A stretch of DNA of 64,000 bases, from the NCBI RefSeq assembly GCF_016433145.1, contig NC_058133.1:30909084-30973083 (forward strand). Reading direction: 5' to 3'. Made by a program: the position numbers and the translations under genes. A model generated the notes under the pieces. It ran no database searches. It was not told the origin of the DNA and saw only the letters and a list, made by a program, of their open reading frames with translations. Source of the stretch: Gracilinanus agilis (taxonomy: Eukaryota). Each line of letters starts with the position of its first letter. Position 1 is the first letter of the stretch. Below, piece after piece: positions 12,101-24,099 of the stretch.

Positions 12101-13714
12101 TTTAATGTAGAGAAGAGAAATAGCTGTCCTATACCTACTTTCCCTGCACACTGAGCAGCTTTCCCTTCCCTCCCTCAAAGATAAACCTTCAGAGATTTCT
12201 CCAGCCTCCCCCCGACCCCGATCTCCACCCAAGGTTCAAGGGTGAGAATCTAAAGAACCAAAGAGCGTGAGAAAAACAGGTAGACGGCAGGCTCTCGTGG
12301 CCAGACTCGCTCAGACACGAGTTCAGAGCTGCCATGGGCCTCCCGGTGGAGAGGAGAAGGGCCGGACTGAGGTTTGGTTGTGGTTGTGTGTCTGCTTTTT
12401 CCTGTTAGCTTTGCAGATCTTAGAGTGCTTCATGGCCCTGACGATGGTGATGACGGGGATGACGGTGGTGAGGAAGAGAGGAGGATAGTGATGGTGGCGA
12501 TCATGATGACACGCTCGTAGGAAAAGCAACCGTCTTGGACCAGGAGAGCCAGCCCAGGAGACTAAAGCCCTAGTGCTCTCTAGGCATGTGGCCCTCAGCA
12601 AGTGGCTTCTCTAGGAGCCTTCATTTCCTCTGTTGTCAAATGAAGAGATTTGGCCAAGTCGCCCTGGAGGGTCTCTTCCCTCCCCTTGGGATGCAGAGAC
12701 TCTCATAGCTCTTAAGGATCTTCGGGTACATCATGTCCAGCCACTTCATTTTACAGAAGGAGAAACCGAGACCCAGAAGTAACAAAGGACTTGCCCTTCA
12801 GTCCTAAGCTAGGCAGGGTGAGGGTATCAGGCATTCCCACCCCAGGCTCCCCGTCTTCCATTCCAGGCAAACAGATCCCTTCCAGGCCATTCTTGGCATG
12901 CTACAAACTCTTCCCCGTGGAAGATCCGATGTGGTCCTCGTCTCTCCCACCGCCCAGGCTTCAGGAGGGCTACGTTCTGAGGCCCGAGCCGCTGCCTCCA
13001 CCAGTCCTGCAGTGCCCCAGCTCTTCCAGGACAGCCGCCAGCCAACATTCGGCCCCTACCTAGCCCCTGCCGAAACGCAACACCCAATGCTATGGGGCCT
13101 ACCAAAGGACGGTCATGAGATGGGGCGCTGCCCCACTTCTTTGCCTGGCCAGCAGCCTCACATCCATGTGGCAGGCTGACAGCAGCTGGCCACTCACAAC
13201 CAGGGCTGGGCACACGCAGGGCTCATCTGGGAGCTGCCTCGGCTGCCTGTCATCCCTGAAAAGAACCCAGAGCCCCTCCCCAGGGTGCTGCCTCTGACCT
13301 CTCTCAGAGAGGTGCTCGGAGCCGTCTCTAAGCTGCTGAACTTTCCCCACGCAGTGCAGCCCGAGGGGTGTTTTCCAGCCTGTCCAAGGAGTTTCGGGTT
13401 TCTGAGAAATTCAGTAAATGCCTAATAGAGCAGCAGCCCCTCTCTCGCTGCTGGTGGCCAAGCCCAGCGGGGCTGGGAGAGTTCAGGTCCTGCCAATCAC
13501 TTTGCAGACTGCGGGCTCTGCTTTCCCAGCCTAAAGTGTGGCTCCCTTCAAACCCTGGAAGCTCAGAGCCAGAGAACATAGAACTGGAGAAGCTTGGAAT
13601 GGTAGAACTTTGACAGTCTCATCTTTGAACCACAGAGCTCCAGAACCAGAGACTCAGCAAGCTCAGAGACTCCAGAAAGGCCATCTAGTCCAATGCAGCC
13701 TCTCAGTTCTAAGA

Positions 13715-14295
13715 CTCTCCCAGCTATGGCATTCTATGTTCTAGAGGCTCACCCCGTTCTCATATCCACTGTTCTATGTTCTAAGGCTCCTCTCACTTGG
13801 ATCCTCCTTTTCACACATCTGTATCTTAGATTATTAGACTGTAAGATCCTTGAGAGCAGGGACTCCAGGGTTGTTTTTTCACATTTTGGGACTCCCTAGA
13901 CCCAGCTCAATGCCTTAGTCTCTCATTCTATGTTCTAAAGTCCCACCCAGCTCTAGCATCCTTTATCCTATGTTCTCAGGCTCCTCTGAGTTCTGACATT
14001 ACCTGTTCTTAAGCCCTACCTGGCTGTGACATTCTATGCCCTAAGGTCCCTCCTAGCTCTAAAATTCTATGTTCTGTTTCCGAATGTCCATCTCAGCACT
14101 GATGTTCTATGTTCTAAGGTCCTTCCAAGCTCTGGCATTCTATGTTCTATGTTTTAAGTTTCCTCTCAGCTATAGCATCCTCTCTTCTGTGTTCTAAAGG
14201 CTGTCCCAGCTCTGACACTCAACGTTCTATGTTCTAAAGTCTCTTCCAGACCCAACATTCTCAGTTCTCTCACCACTCTGATGATCTATGTTCTT
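13715..14295 (+). repeat. Degenerate ~33-bp minisatellite built from an L3/CR1-type 3' tail unit
   Basis: About a dozen units resembling CATTCTATGTTCTAAGGTCCCTCCCAGCTCTGA, interrupted at 13790-13915. Confidence 0.8.
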
Positions 14296-14602
14296 TTCCG
14301 TGATTCTATTCATTCACAGAGGCCAGAATTTGCTCCTTCCTCCTCGTTTCTCCCTGTTAAAAATCTCCATTTTCCTAAAAGCGCCAGCTCTAGTCCTCCC
14401 TTCCCCATGAAGCTTTGCCTGTTCTGTCTTTCCCTTTCGCCAGGGGCTCTCTGTCCGACTTCCACTTGTCCCACTGAGGCTCTCACTTGCATCCTCCTTT
14501 TCCTATGCCTGTATCCTAGATCAGACTGTAAGATCCTTGCAGGCAGGGACTCCAGGGTTGTTTTTCCCATCTTAGGATCTCCTGGCCCCAGCCCAAGGGC
14601 CT
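13790..14602 (+). repeat. Dispersed direct duplication of a ~125-bp L2-tail-containing segment (13790-13915 and 14480-14602)
   Basis: Both copies read CTCTCACTTG.ATCCTCCTTTTC...AGACTGTAAGATCCTTG...GCAGGGACTCCAGGGTTGTTTTT. Confidence 0.9.
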
Positions 14603-15959
14603 GAACATGGCCAGAACTTAATAGGCATTTGCTAGTCCTGCCTCTGCAGAATTTCTGAGAACTTGACAGAGGGAGGAGTGGAGACCAAGCCTTCGGTTCC
14701 CTTCAGTCTTCCTACTCAAAGGAAGCCATGAACATCTGGCCAAGGGAGCCCAGCACTCAAAGGGCCATTCTGAGCACCAGACTCACACTCAATCCAGCAG
14801 TCAGTCAACTACTCATTCCTGATGGACTCTGGGTAATCAGTCCTGCGCTTGGCCCCAAGGACAGCGGGGGAGATGGGAAGTGGGAGATGGCCCTAACCTT
14901 GAAGCGCCTGGGGAAATAGGCCGTCACACGCACAGAAAGAAAAGAGAAAGGGCCAGCGGCCACAAAGCGATGGCTGCTCAGGGGCAATGCCTGGAAAGAA
15001 GATCATCTCATCCTCCTCTAATATCAGATCTCGGGGGAGAGAGAGCAGAGAAGTCTTCTGGGGGGGCTGATATATGAGTTATGCCTTGGAGGTCCCATAG
15101 GTTTGGGGACAGCAAAGATTTGGACAAGGAAAGACTTTTAGGATTGGAGAAAAGACGAGCAGTTCTGGGAAAATGAAGGAACAGACAGGAGACGAGGAGC
15201 AGACCAGTGCCGGGGGGTATACAGGAACAGGATGCACTGAGGCCAGAAAGCTGGATGGGAGCCTTACGTGAATGCCGGTCTGACTGACGCTCAACATGCC
15301 TGACGTCCGAGGGCCATCGTAGCACTAATTCCCCCTGCTCGGGACTTTACAGTTTACAAAGCTCTTTTCCCACAACAGCCCTGGAAGTCAAGGAGCAAAG
15401 ATTGACTCCATTAAAAAAACAAAACAAAAAAAAAAACAACCTCATCTTATATCTTAGAATCAACACTGTGTATTGGTTCCAAGGCAGAAGAGCAGTCAGG
15501 GTTAGGCAATGAGTTAAATGACTTGCCCAGGGTCACACAGACAGGAAGTTTTCACCTCGCTGCCCCTTCCACTTATTTTTAAACCCTCACCTTCCATCTT
15601 AGAATCAATACTGTGTATTGGTTCCAAAGCAGAAGAGTGGCAAGGGTGGGCAATGGGGATTAAGTGACTTGTCCAGGGTTACAAAGCTAGGAAGTGTCTG
15701 AGGCCAGATTTGAACCCAAGAGCTCCCATTTCTAGACCTGGATTTCTATCCACTGAGTCCCCTAGCTGCCCCCAATCCCCATTTTAAAGATGAAATAACT
15801 GAGGCTCAGGTCACTTAAAGGATATGCCCGAGCCTGCATTTCAGAGACCAGTTTCCTGGAGTTCTCCCCTTTGTACTAGAGTGCCTCCACACCAGAGAAA
15901 CATTAGCATCCCCTCTCCCTGCTCAGCCCATGGAAAGTGAGTATTTCTGCTGGGAGGGC

Positions 15960-16225
15960 TATAGGGAATAGCTAGGGGATGTGGTGGATAGAGCACCAGG
16001 CCTAGAGACAGAAAGACTCATTTTCTTTAGTTTAAATCTGGTCTCAGACACTTACTCGCTGTGTGACCCTGGGCAAGTCACTTAACCCTGTTGAGCCTCA
16101 GTTTCCTCCTCTGTAAAATGAACTGGAGAAGGAAGTGGCCAACCATTCGGGTATCTTTGCTGAGAAAACCCCAAACGGGGTCACAAAGAACTAGTGAGAC
16201 ACGACTGAAATGGCTTAACCACAAC
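15960..16225 (+). mobile_element. Mar1-type CORE-SINE with RTE-like tail
   Basis: Core plus GGAGAAGGAAGTGGCCAACCATTC...AAAACCCCAAACGGGGTCACAAAG tail; similar copies at about 20850-21110 (+), 33820-34070 (-) and 62140-62360 (-). Confidence 0.85.
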
Positions 16226-16304
16226 AATACCTGCCTGTTTGGGTGCAGTTTGTCCGAGATCTTCTCTGTCCCTTCTCTCGAGCCGGGCCATTCCAAGAAT
16301 CCAA

Positions 16305-16560
16305 ATCGCTGATTCCAAGATCTCCTGATTCTAAGATCCCAACTCTATGATCCGAAGTCCCTCTAATTTTATACTGATTCCAAGACTCTATAATTCTAAA
16401 ATTACAAAATGTTATGATTCTAAGGTTCCAAGAGGCCATAATTCTAAGATTATGAGACTCTATATGATTCCAAGACTCCGAGATTCTATTATTCTAAGAT
16501 GATAAGATTCTCCGGGTCTGAGCTTCTGCGGTTATATGATTCTTCAGCTCTCGAGTTCTA
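16305..16560 (+). repeat. Degenerate GATTCTAAG/ATTCTAT array
   Basis: Many short GATTCCAAGA / ATTCTAAGA / TATGATTC units. Confidence 0.75.
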
Positions 16561-17254
16561 TGCCAGAGGTGATTCGAAGGCTAAATACACAGTCTAAATT
16601 CAATATCCTCCTTCAGCTGCTCTTATGAGTAGTGAGCTCCTTGTCACGGGAGGGATTTGAGCACAAGATTGTTGTTAGGGAGGCTGTCAAAGCCCGGGAC
16701 AGAGAAAGAACCAGAAACCCTAGAAGCCAGGGGGCCCGGATCTCTGAGGAGAGAGAAAAGCCAACACCTGGCGTGGCTGGTGGTCCAGTGGATAGAACAT
16801 GGAGCCTGGAATCAGGAAGACCCGAGTTCCAATCCGGACTCGGACACTGACTAGCCGTGTGATCCTGGGCAAGCCCCTGCACCTCTGTCTGCCTCAGTTT
16901 CCTCAAATCTGAATGGAGATGATAATAAGAGCAGCTCCCTCTCAGGGTTATCGGAAGGAGCGAATGAGACGAGAATATTTGCAAAGCACTTCGCTCAGTG
17001 CCCGCACTTCCTAAGTCTGATTCATCCTGTTCCACGTTCCCCACAGCGCCACGGACTTGTGCCCACCCTCTGCTTCCTAAGAATCCGTCCCGCACTGACG
17101 CGCCAGTGCTGCGGGCTAGACAGAGCCCCTTGGCCCAAGGTTCAGGTGGGCCCAGGACCCAGAATATCTGCCCAATGGACAGAGGCCTGAGGCTAGTCAG
17201 CCTTGGGTGGGCCAAACTGAGTGGGGGGCTCGAGGGCGAGACAGGGATGCTCTC

Positions 17255-17545
17255 GGCAGTCCTATTGGCCGGCCAGGCTCCGTCTCTGTGTCGTGTCCAA
17301 TTGCACGCCAATCAATTACAGCGGGCCCTGGATAAACACATCAGGCCGGCTCTGACAGGGAGCCGGGGTGAAGTTGGGTGTCGGGGTAAAACAGGGGTAA
17401 TAAAATCACTTTAGATTTATTTCTCCAAATTGGAAACTTCATGCTTACACCTGACTAAATCATCAGCCTGAAACCCTAGCCCCACTCCCACAGAAAAAGC
17501 GTGAAACTCGATCCTTGCTTTGTTTAATGGCGGCCAATCACGGGG
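17255..17545. promoter_or_regulatory. CCAAT-box-rich, CpG-containing unique segment (promoter/enhancer-like)
   Basis: ATTGG 17264-17268; CCAAT 17297-17301, 17308-17312 and 17534-17538; GATAAACA forkhead-type site 17331-17338. Confidence 0.4.
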
Positions 17546-18479
17546 GCCTGATGGATTCTGCAGATGGAGGCCCCAGACCTCATTTGGCTCCTTGTATTCT
17601 GTAGGGCTCAATTAAACTTGCCCTCCCTGCTCCCTGCCCCCCCCCCAGCTCCTTCCAGGGAAGAGGAGACCTCCTCCCCTTTGTCCACCCCCCCTTCAAT
17701 CTCCTCATGGGGACATCACCAAGAAGGGGCCCCCAATCCCAAAGGAACTCCTTTCTGGGGCCCTGAAATTCCACCATTAGGAAAGCACTCCTTTGGGCAG
17801 CCCATTGCCCTCTCCCCCTACTCTCTTTAAAAAAAAATGTGGCTTCCCCTGGGAATTAGGTAAGTCATAAACACCTCAGAATATAGGAACTAGAAGGGAT
17901 TTGAGGACAGAGAACAGAGAATGCCAGAGCTGGGATGGATTGTCGGATGTAGAATGTCTGAGCAAGAAGGAGCCTTGGAAGAGAAACATTCCTAGATCTG
18001 AAGGGACCTGAGAACCTAGAATAAGGAATGAAAGATGGGGGGAGTGATTGAGCTTAGAACATTGGAGCTGCCTTCTAGGTTTTAGAACACAGAATGCCCA
18101 AGGAATGGCGGAGCCAGATGGCCCAGACCCCTCGAAGGTTACCTCCCATCTAGTCTGGGTAGAGCTTATTATTTATCTAGCTGTTTCCATGTTGTCTTCT
18201 AAATTTGATTGGGAAGTCCTCGAGGGCAAAGACCATATTTTTGCCTTTGTTTGCACAGTGCCTAGGTTCTTGCTCAGTTCCTCACTCAGACTCACCTCCC
18301 CCCATATCAAATCAGTCTCCTTCTCAGCATCCCCTTCTCTCTGCTCCCACCCTAATGCACACCCTCATCACCTCCACTCTACAACCTTCTACTCCAATAA
18401 CTTTCTGCATCTCCCTCAATTTCTAGTGCCTTTCCTCTGTCAGCTACCTTCAAGCCATCCTCAATTCAGCCACCAAGGT

Positions 18480-19200
18480 TTGGGATTGTTTTTTGCTTTG
18501 TTTGTTTGCTGTCATGCATACTATATTTCTATATTAGCTATGTTGTAAAAGAAAACACAGACCAAAACAAAAAACAAACAAACAAACAAAAAATACAGTT
18601 GTTTTTTAAAAAAAAAAGATCCTTTGATTTGCTTTCAGTCTCTATCAATGTTTTCTCTGCAAGTGGATGGCATTGTTCATCTTACATCCTTTGAAATTGT
18701 TTTGGATCAGTGTATTAGCGAGAATAGCTAAGTCATTTACATTTGTTCCCCATACATTATTTCTGTTACTATATACACTGTTCCCCTGGTTCTGCTCCCT
18801 TCACTTTGCATCAGTTCATGTAAGTCTTCCCAGGTTTTTCTGAAAGCATCCTGCTCATCCATCATTTCTTATAGCCCAACAATATTCCATCACTAACACT
18901 TTCATATACCACATATATTTCCCTGGTTGATGGACAAACCAGTTTCCAATTCTTTGCCACCACAAAAAAAAGGTAATATAAATGTTTTTTTATAAATTGG
19001 TCCTTTAAAAAAAATCTCTTTGGGATATAAATTTAGTAGTGCTATTGCTAGGTCAAAGATTTTGCATAATGTTATAGACTTTTGGCTATAATCCTAATCA
19101 CTCTCCAGAATGGTTGGATCCGTTCACAACTCCACCAACAGTGCATGAGTGTCCCAATCTTCTTACACCCCCTCCAACATTTGCCATTTGTCAGTAGTAT
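18480..19200 (-). mobile_element. L1 ORF2 C-terminus/3'UTR fragment
   Basis: TCCAGAATGGTTGGATCCGTTCACAACTCCACCAACAGTGCAT is the reverse complement of the ORF2 C-terminal HCWW region, followed by marsupial L1 3'UTR. Confidence 0.85.
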
Positions 19201-19914
19201 AAGATGAGTTTTCTAAAGCATGAACCTCCTCTTCCCCTATTCAATAAATCCCAGGGACTCCCTATCACCTCCAGGATCAAATTTATATTCTTGTTTGGCT
19301 TTTAAAGCTCTTCACCTACCCCCCTCCTTTCTTTTTTTTTTAAACTTTGCAACTTCCATTCTCCACTCCATCTCACAAATATACTCAGTGGTCCAGGAAC
19401 ACTGACCTCCTTGCTGTTCTTCCCAAGATCCTCCATCTCCTGACTCCATGCCCCCAGCTCTGTCTCATGCCAGGAATGCTGGCCCTCCTTATCTCTGTCT
19501 CCTGTGTTCCCTGAAATCTCCACTCAGATGCAACCTCTTTCTACGAAGCCCTTCCTCATCCGCCTCAATTCCTAGTGCCTTTCCTCTGTTGGCTATCTAT
19601 AGAAAAATCAAGTCTTTAGATTTATTTAACAATTGTCCCATCTATAACTTGTCTGTACATAATTGCTTGGATGTTGTCTCCCCCATTAGACTGTGAGCTA
19701 TTTGAGGGCAACAGCATTTGCCTTTTAGCACAGTTCCTGGCATTAATAAATGTTTTTAATATATAATACTAAATGTTGTATTACATAAATATAATAAATT
19801 AATAAATAAGTTCCTGGCTTGATAAATGTTTATTTGCTGACTGGGTAAGCTCCATAAACTCCCTCCTACCTCCAGGATCATATATAAAATCCTCCACTTG
19901 GCTTTTCTTTTTTT

Positions 19915-20250
19915 AAACTAACTGTTACCTTCTATCTTAGAATCAATACTGTGTATTGGTTCCAAGGCAGAAGAGCTATAAGGGCTAGGCAATGGGGGTT
20001 AAGTGACTTGCCCAGGGTCACGCATTTAGTATTGATTCTTTTTCTTTCTTTTTTTTTTTAACCTTTACTTATATCTTAGAATCAATACTGTGTATTGGTT
20101 CCAAGGCAGAAGAGTGTTAATGGCTAGGCAACTGAGGGTTAAATGGCTTGTCCAGGGTCACACAGCTAGGAAGTGTCTGAGACTAGATTTGAACCCAGGA
20201 CCTCCCATTTAAGCCTGGCTCTCTCTATCCACTAAGACTATCCACAGCTG
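19915..20250 (-). mobile_element. Tandem pair of CORE-SINEs (3' half plus full copy)
   Basis: ATCTTAGAATCAATACTGTGTATTGGTTCCAAGGCAGAAGAG occurs twice; a similar pair lies at about 15440-15775. Confidence 0.9.
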
Positions 20251-22270
20251 CTTGACTTTTAAGGTTCTTCCCATCACCCCCTTCCAATCTATCCAAGTGT
20301 TCTGTCACTTGATACCCCTCTATCAACTCTATAATCCCAGCACTGATCCACTTAACATTCCTCCTACATGATCTTTGATCTCTCATCTCCATGCCTTTGC
20401 CCTGGTTGTCCCTCATGCCTAGAATATCTTCCATCTTGACTTCTGTTTCTCAGCTTCCCTGGTTCAAATCTTACCTTCTGCAGGAGGCTTCTCCAGGTCT
20501 CTCCCAATGACAATGCTTTCCCCTTTCATATTTCCTTCCATTCACACTGTATTTATCTCATATGTACATAATTCTGTGCATATTGTCTCTCCCATTTGAA
20601 TGTCGGCTCATTGAAGATAGGACTCTCTGTCTGTTGCCTTCCATTTCATCCCAAATATTGAGCACAATCCTTGGCACATAATAAGTGCTTAGTAAGTGAT
20701 TGTTGACCGACTGACTGATTGAGGTCCTCCCAAAACAAAAAATAAAACTGTTTTCAAAGAATATACCTTCCACTGAATAATCTGAAATTCTCCCCCAACA
20801 CCCTCCATATGGTAGAATAAAGAAACCAAGTAATAATAGTCCAAAGACAGCAAGGTGGCACAGTGGATAGAACGCTAGCCTTGGAATCAGGAAGACTCAT
20901 CTTATCGAGTTCAAATCCAACCTCGGACACATACTCAGACCCTGGGCAAGTCACTTAGCCCTACTGGCCTCAGTTTCCTCATCTGTAAAATGAGCCGGAG
21001 AAAGAAGGGACAAACCACTCCAGGACCTTTGCCTAGAAAGTCCAAAATGGGGTGATGAAGAGTCAGACGCGCCTGTGTAATGACTGAACAAGAGTTACAA
21101 CCAGACGGTGATTTATTTAACAAAGTATGAAGTTGCTGGAACAAACCAGGCCCAAGACTCTCAGGAGTCAAGGACTCTGACCACTGATTTCTGCACCACT
21201 GATATACAATCTAGAGAGAGTGAAAAACAGGAAAAAGCCAGCATCACCGGGATTGGGGCATCCATTGGTGGAGAGGATTGGGGGACACCGAGGCGAGAGG
21301 GAGAGGGGTGGTTTGGGACTTTCCTTTAGCTGGGTGACAATTGTGAGGGCGATTCATCTTGTGACTTCTCCAAAATCAGGTGCCTTCCAAGAAGTCTGAA
21401 ACAACTTCACAATAGGCTGGATAAGGGCAAAATGGTGTCCCAAATGCTATTTTAACCCCCGTTCTCTAGGAGGCAGCAATGTCAACAACAGTCCAACCCA
21501 GGAGGTTAGCGCCAGGAGTGCTAGGTGGAATCTTCACACCAGATTAATATAAGGAAGTATGCCTAGAGAGTCAAAGACTATCCCAAAGGGAAATGGACTG
21601 CCTTGGGGGGTAATGAGCTCCCCATTCCTGGACGTGTTCAAGTAGAAGATCTTCCCCATCTGGCTCGAGCTGACTTTTTCAGATTCATGGCCCAATTCTC
21701 CCTTCATAAACTCTTTGATCCAGCCCAGTCAGAATCCTTGCTGGGCTCATAAAAGCATCTCCTCCCTCCACTCCTTTGCTTCTTGGTCTCCCCAACTTCC
21801 TTGGAGGCTCAGCCAAGTGTCATCCCCTCAGCTCAGGACCTTCCCTCTCCCTTCTTTGACCTCGCCCATCCTTTGTACATGGTGGATGTTTCCTGATCCG
21901 GACACATGGCTTAGCCCCTGTAGACTAGGAGCTGTTGTCTTTGCACCCTCAGGGACTAGCCCAGTTCCTGGTACAGAATAATATCTCAATAAAGGCTAGG
22001 CAGATGGGTGAATGCCTGACCACCCCGTTGACCATCTTGCCAAGGGAATTCTTGTTCTGGCCAAGGACCTTGGAAATCTCCCATGTTCTAGGTTTCTGGG
22101 ATTTGGGCTTCCCGTCCCAGCTTGATCGGGAAGTAGGGAGCCTGGATTGGGGGGGGGGGAGGAAGAGGGGAGGAGGAGGGGGCCACTGCTCCTCGTTTTC
22201 ACCAGCAGGCACCAGAGCCCCTGAAGTGCAAGATGACTTTTCTCCCCAAGCATGAGGAGCTAGTTAAAAA

Positions 22271-22374
22271 CCAATAAATCAGGCCTGAACTGTGGATAAC
22301 AGCCTTCTCCGTAAAATCAACATGGCTTGGGTTCCTGGGGGTGCGGGGGGAGGCCTGACAGGCCCGGTGACGTC
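22271..22374. promoter_or_regulatory. PBX-HOX / MEIS / CRE motif cluster
   Basis: Reverse-strand TGATTTATTGG (22271-22281) and TGATTTTACGG (22309-22319); TGACAG (22356-22361); TGACGTC (22368-22374). Confidence 0.35.
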
Positions 22375-22937
22375 TCACTGCTTGCAGACAGATCTCTTCC
22401 TTAACAGAAGTGTCTTATTTGGGGGGGAGGGGAGGAGTCTCTGAGCCCCTAGCCTCCCCCTTCTTCCTTTCCCCTCTGTCTACTCTTCAGCTACATCCAC
22501 AACGCCCAGTCGGACTGAGCCTCAGGATCCAGTCCAGGCTGGACATCTCAGGGGACAAGCCTGGCTCCCATACCAAGAGGGCTTCCGAGCTCTTTTCCCC
22601 CAGAATCCTTGTGAGATCAGAAAAGCAGACCTTTATGTGCCCATTTTAGAGAGAAGGAAACTAGGGGAGTGAAGGCAGCCTAGTGTAGTGGCAATGAGAG
22701 AGACCCAGATTCCAGGCTTCCCTCTGATACTTACCTGACCAGAATTCACACTGAATCACAGTTTTCTAGTTTTTAAAATGGTCATTTTAATACCTGTTGC
22801 ATCTCCCGTAGGAGGCCTTGCAGAGATAGTGTACAAGAGAGGCTAGAGAGAAGGGTCATTTTTCCCTATCAGGAGGCCTGGCCTCAGATATCAGGGCCTC
22901 TTTCTTTTCTTTTGTCTCCTCTTTTCTTTTCTTTTTT

Positions 22938-23115
22938 TAAGCCCTTATCTGCCATCTTAGAATCAATACTGTGTATTGGTTCCAAAGTAAAGAGAGGTAA
23001 GGGCTAGGCAATAGAGACTGAGTGACTTGCCCAGGGTCCCACAGCTAGGAAGTGACCAAGGCCAGATTCGAACCCAAGGCCTGGTTCTTAATCCCCTGAA
23101 CCTCCTAGTTGCCCC
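22938..23115 (-). mobile_element. CORE-SINE (long-tail type)
   Basis: Reverse-complement SINE. Further copies at about 23658-23820 (+), 29310-29494 (-), 32135-32276 (+), 34520-34685 (+), 38685-38860 (+), 42535-42729 (-), 44155-44345 (+), 49195-49365 (-) and 54172-54369 (-). Confidence 0.85.
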
Positions 23116-23978
23116 TCAGGGCCTCTAATGGTCCATTTTTCATTATTTCTTTCTTCCTTCCATATTGCCCCCATCCAACTGGGGGGACCTTTGTCCTATG
23201 TACAAAAACTACATTGATCCTGGGATAGGTTAGGACACAAAATGCAGAGCATGGCAGAGTCTTGCTTGCCCTGGTCTTACCCTGACAGGTCTGGGGAAAT
23301 CTGAAGACAAATGGACAAGAGGGCAATGGGGAAGCCTTGGGTCAGTGACGGACAGAGGCCAGCAGGAAATCCCTCAAAGAAAGCCAACGATCGCACAACG
23401 GAGGCTAGAGGTTCATCAACTAAATTTCTCCTAAAAAATCAAATGGCCTCTTTGTAGCTGTGGGGCGAGCTCCCTGTCACCAAAAGGACCCGAGAAGAGC
23501 CTGAGACATGACTCTTCCATAGCTGGAGGATATTTGTTGTAAAGGCTTTGTTTTTCTTTTTCCTTGCTCAATGGCATGGCGGGATAGAGGGACAGGGTAA
23601 GATAAAGGCTTGTTAATTTTAAAAAATAATACTGAATCTTTTAAAAAGCACTAGGGAGGGGGCAGCTAAGTGGCTCAGTGGATTGAGAGCCAGGCCTTGG
23701 GTTCAGATCTGGCCTCAGACACTTCCTAGCTGTTTAACTCTAATCAAGTCACTTAACCTTCATTGCCTCACCCTTGTCACTCTTCTGCCATGGAACCAAT
23801 ATACAATATTGATTCTAAACAGAAATTCAGATTTCTATAGAACTTACAGGTGATTTTGTAGTTACTTTGTAGGGATCCTGCAATCCATCATCTTTGGACC
23901 AGTTCCTTCCTGTGTTCCCCCAGCAGAATGGAAGCTCCTTGAGGGGAGGGCTCGTCTCATGTCTGTCTTTGTATCTCT

Positions 23979-24085
23979 AGCACACCTAGCAATGGGCCAG
24001 CCCAAGGATGACTCCTTCCCAGCTTCCTTAGACGCCCCCAGCACACCCAGCAATGGGCCAGCCCAAGGATGACTCCTTCCCAGCT
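23979..24085 (+). repeat. 46-bp direct repeat, two copies, period 61
   Basis: AGCACACC(T/C)AGCAATGGGCCAGCCCAAGGATGACTCCTTCCCAGCT at 23979-24024 and 24040-24085, one mismatch. Confidence 0.95.
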
Positions 24086-24099
24086 CAGCAGGGTGACTC

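Noticed and set aside
12320-12560. Minus-strand stretch with C-ending codons translating like a transmembrane helix (SYERVIMIATITILL/FLTTVIPVITIVRAMKHSK), vaguely GPCR-like
   Set aside because: It needs a frameshift, has no splice context and no diagnostic GPCR motifs, and is better explained as a decayed (GAT/GGT)n microsatellite. A tBLASTn search would settle it.
16613-17311. 232-aa minus-strand ORF
   Set aside because: It crosses a MIR (translating as LRKLRQTEVQGLAQDHTAS), a typical SINE-derived frame.
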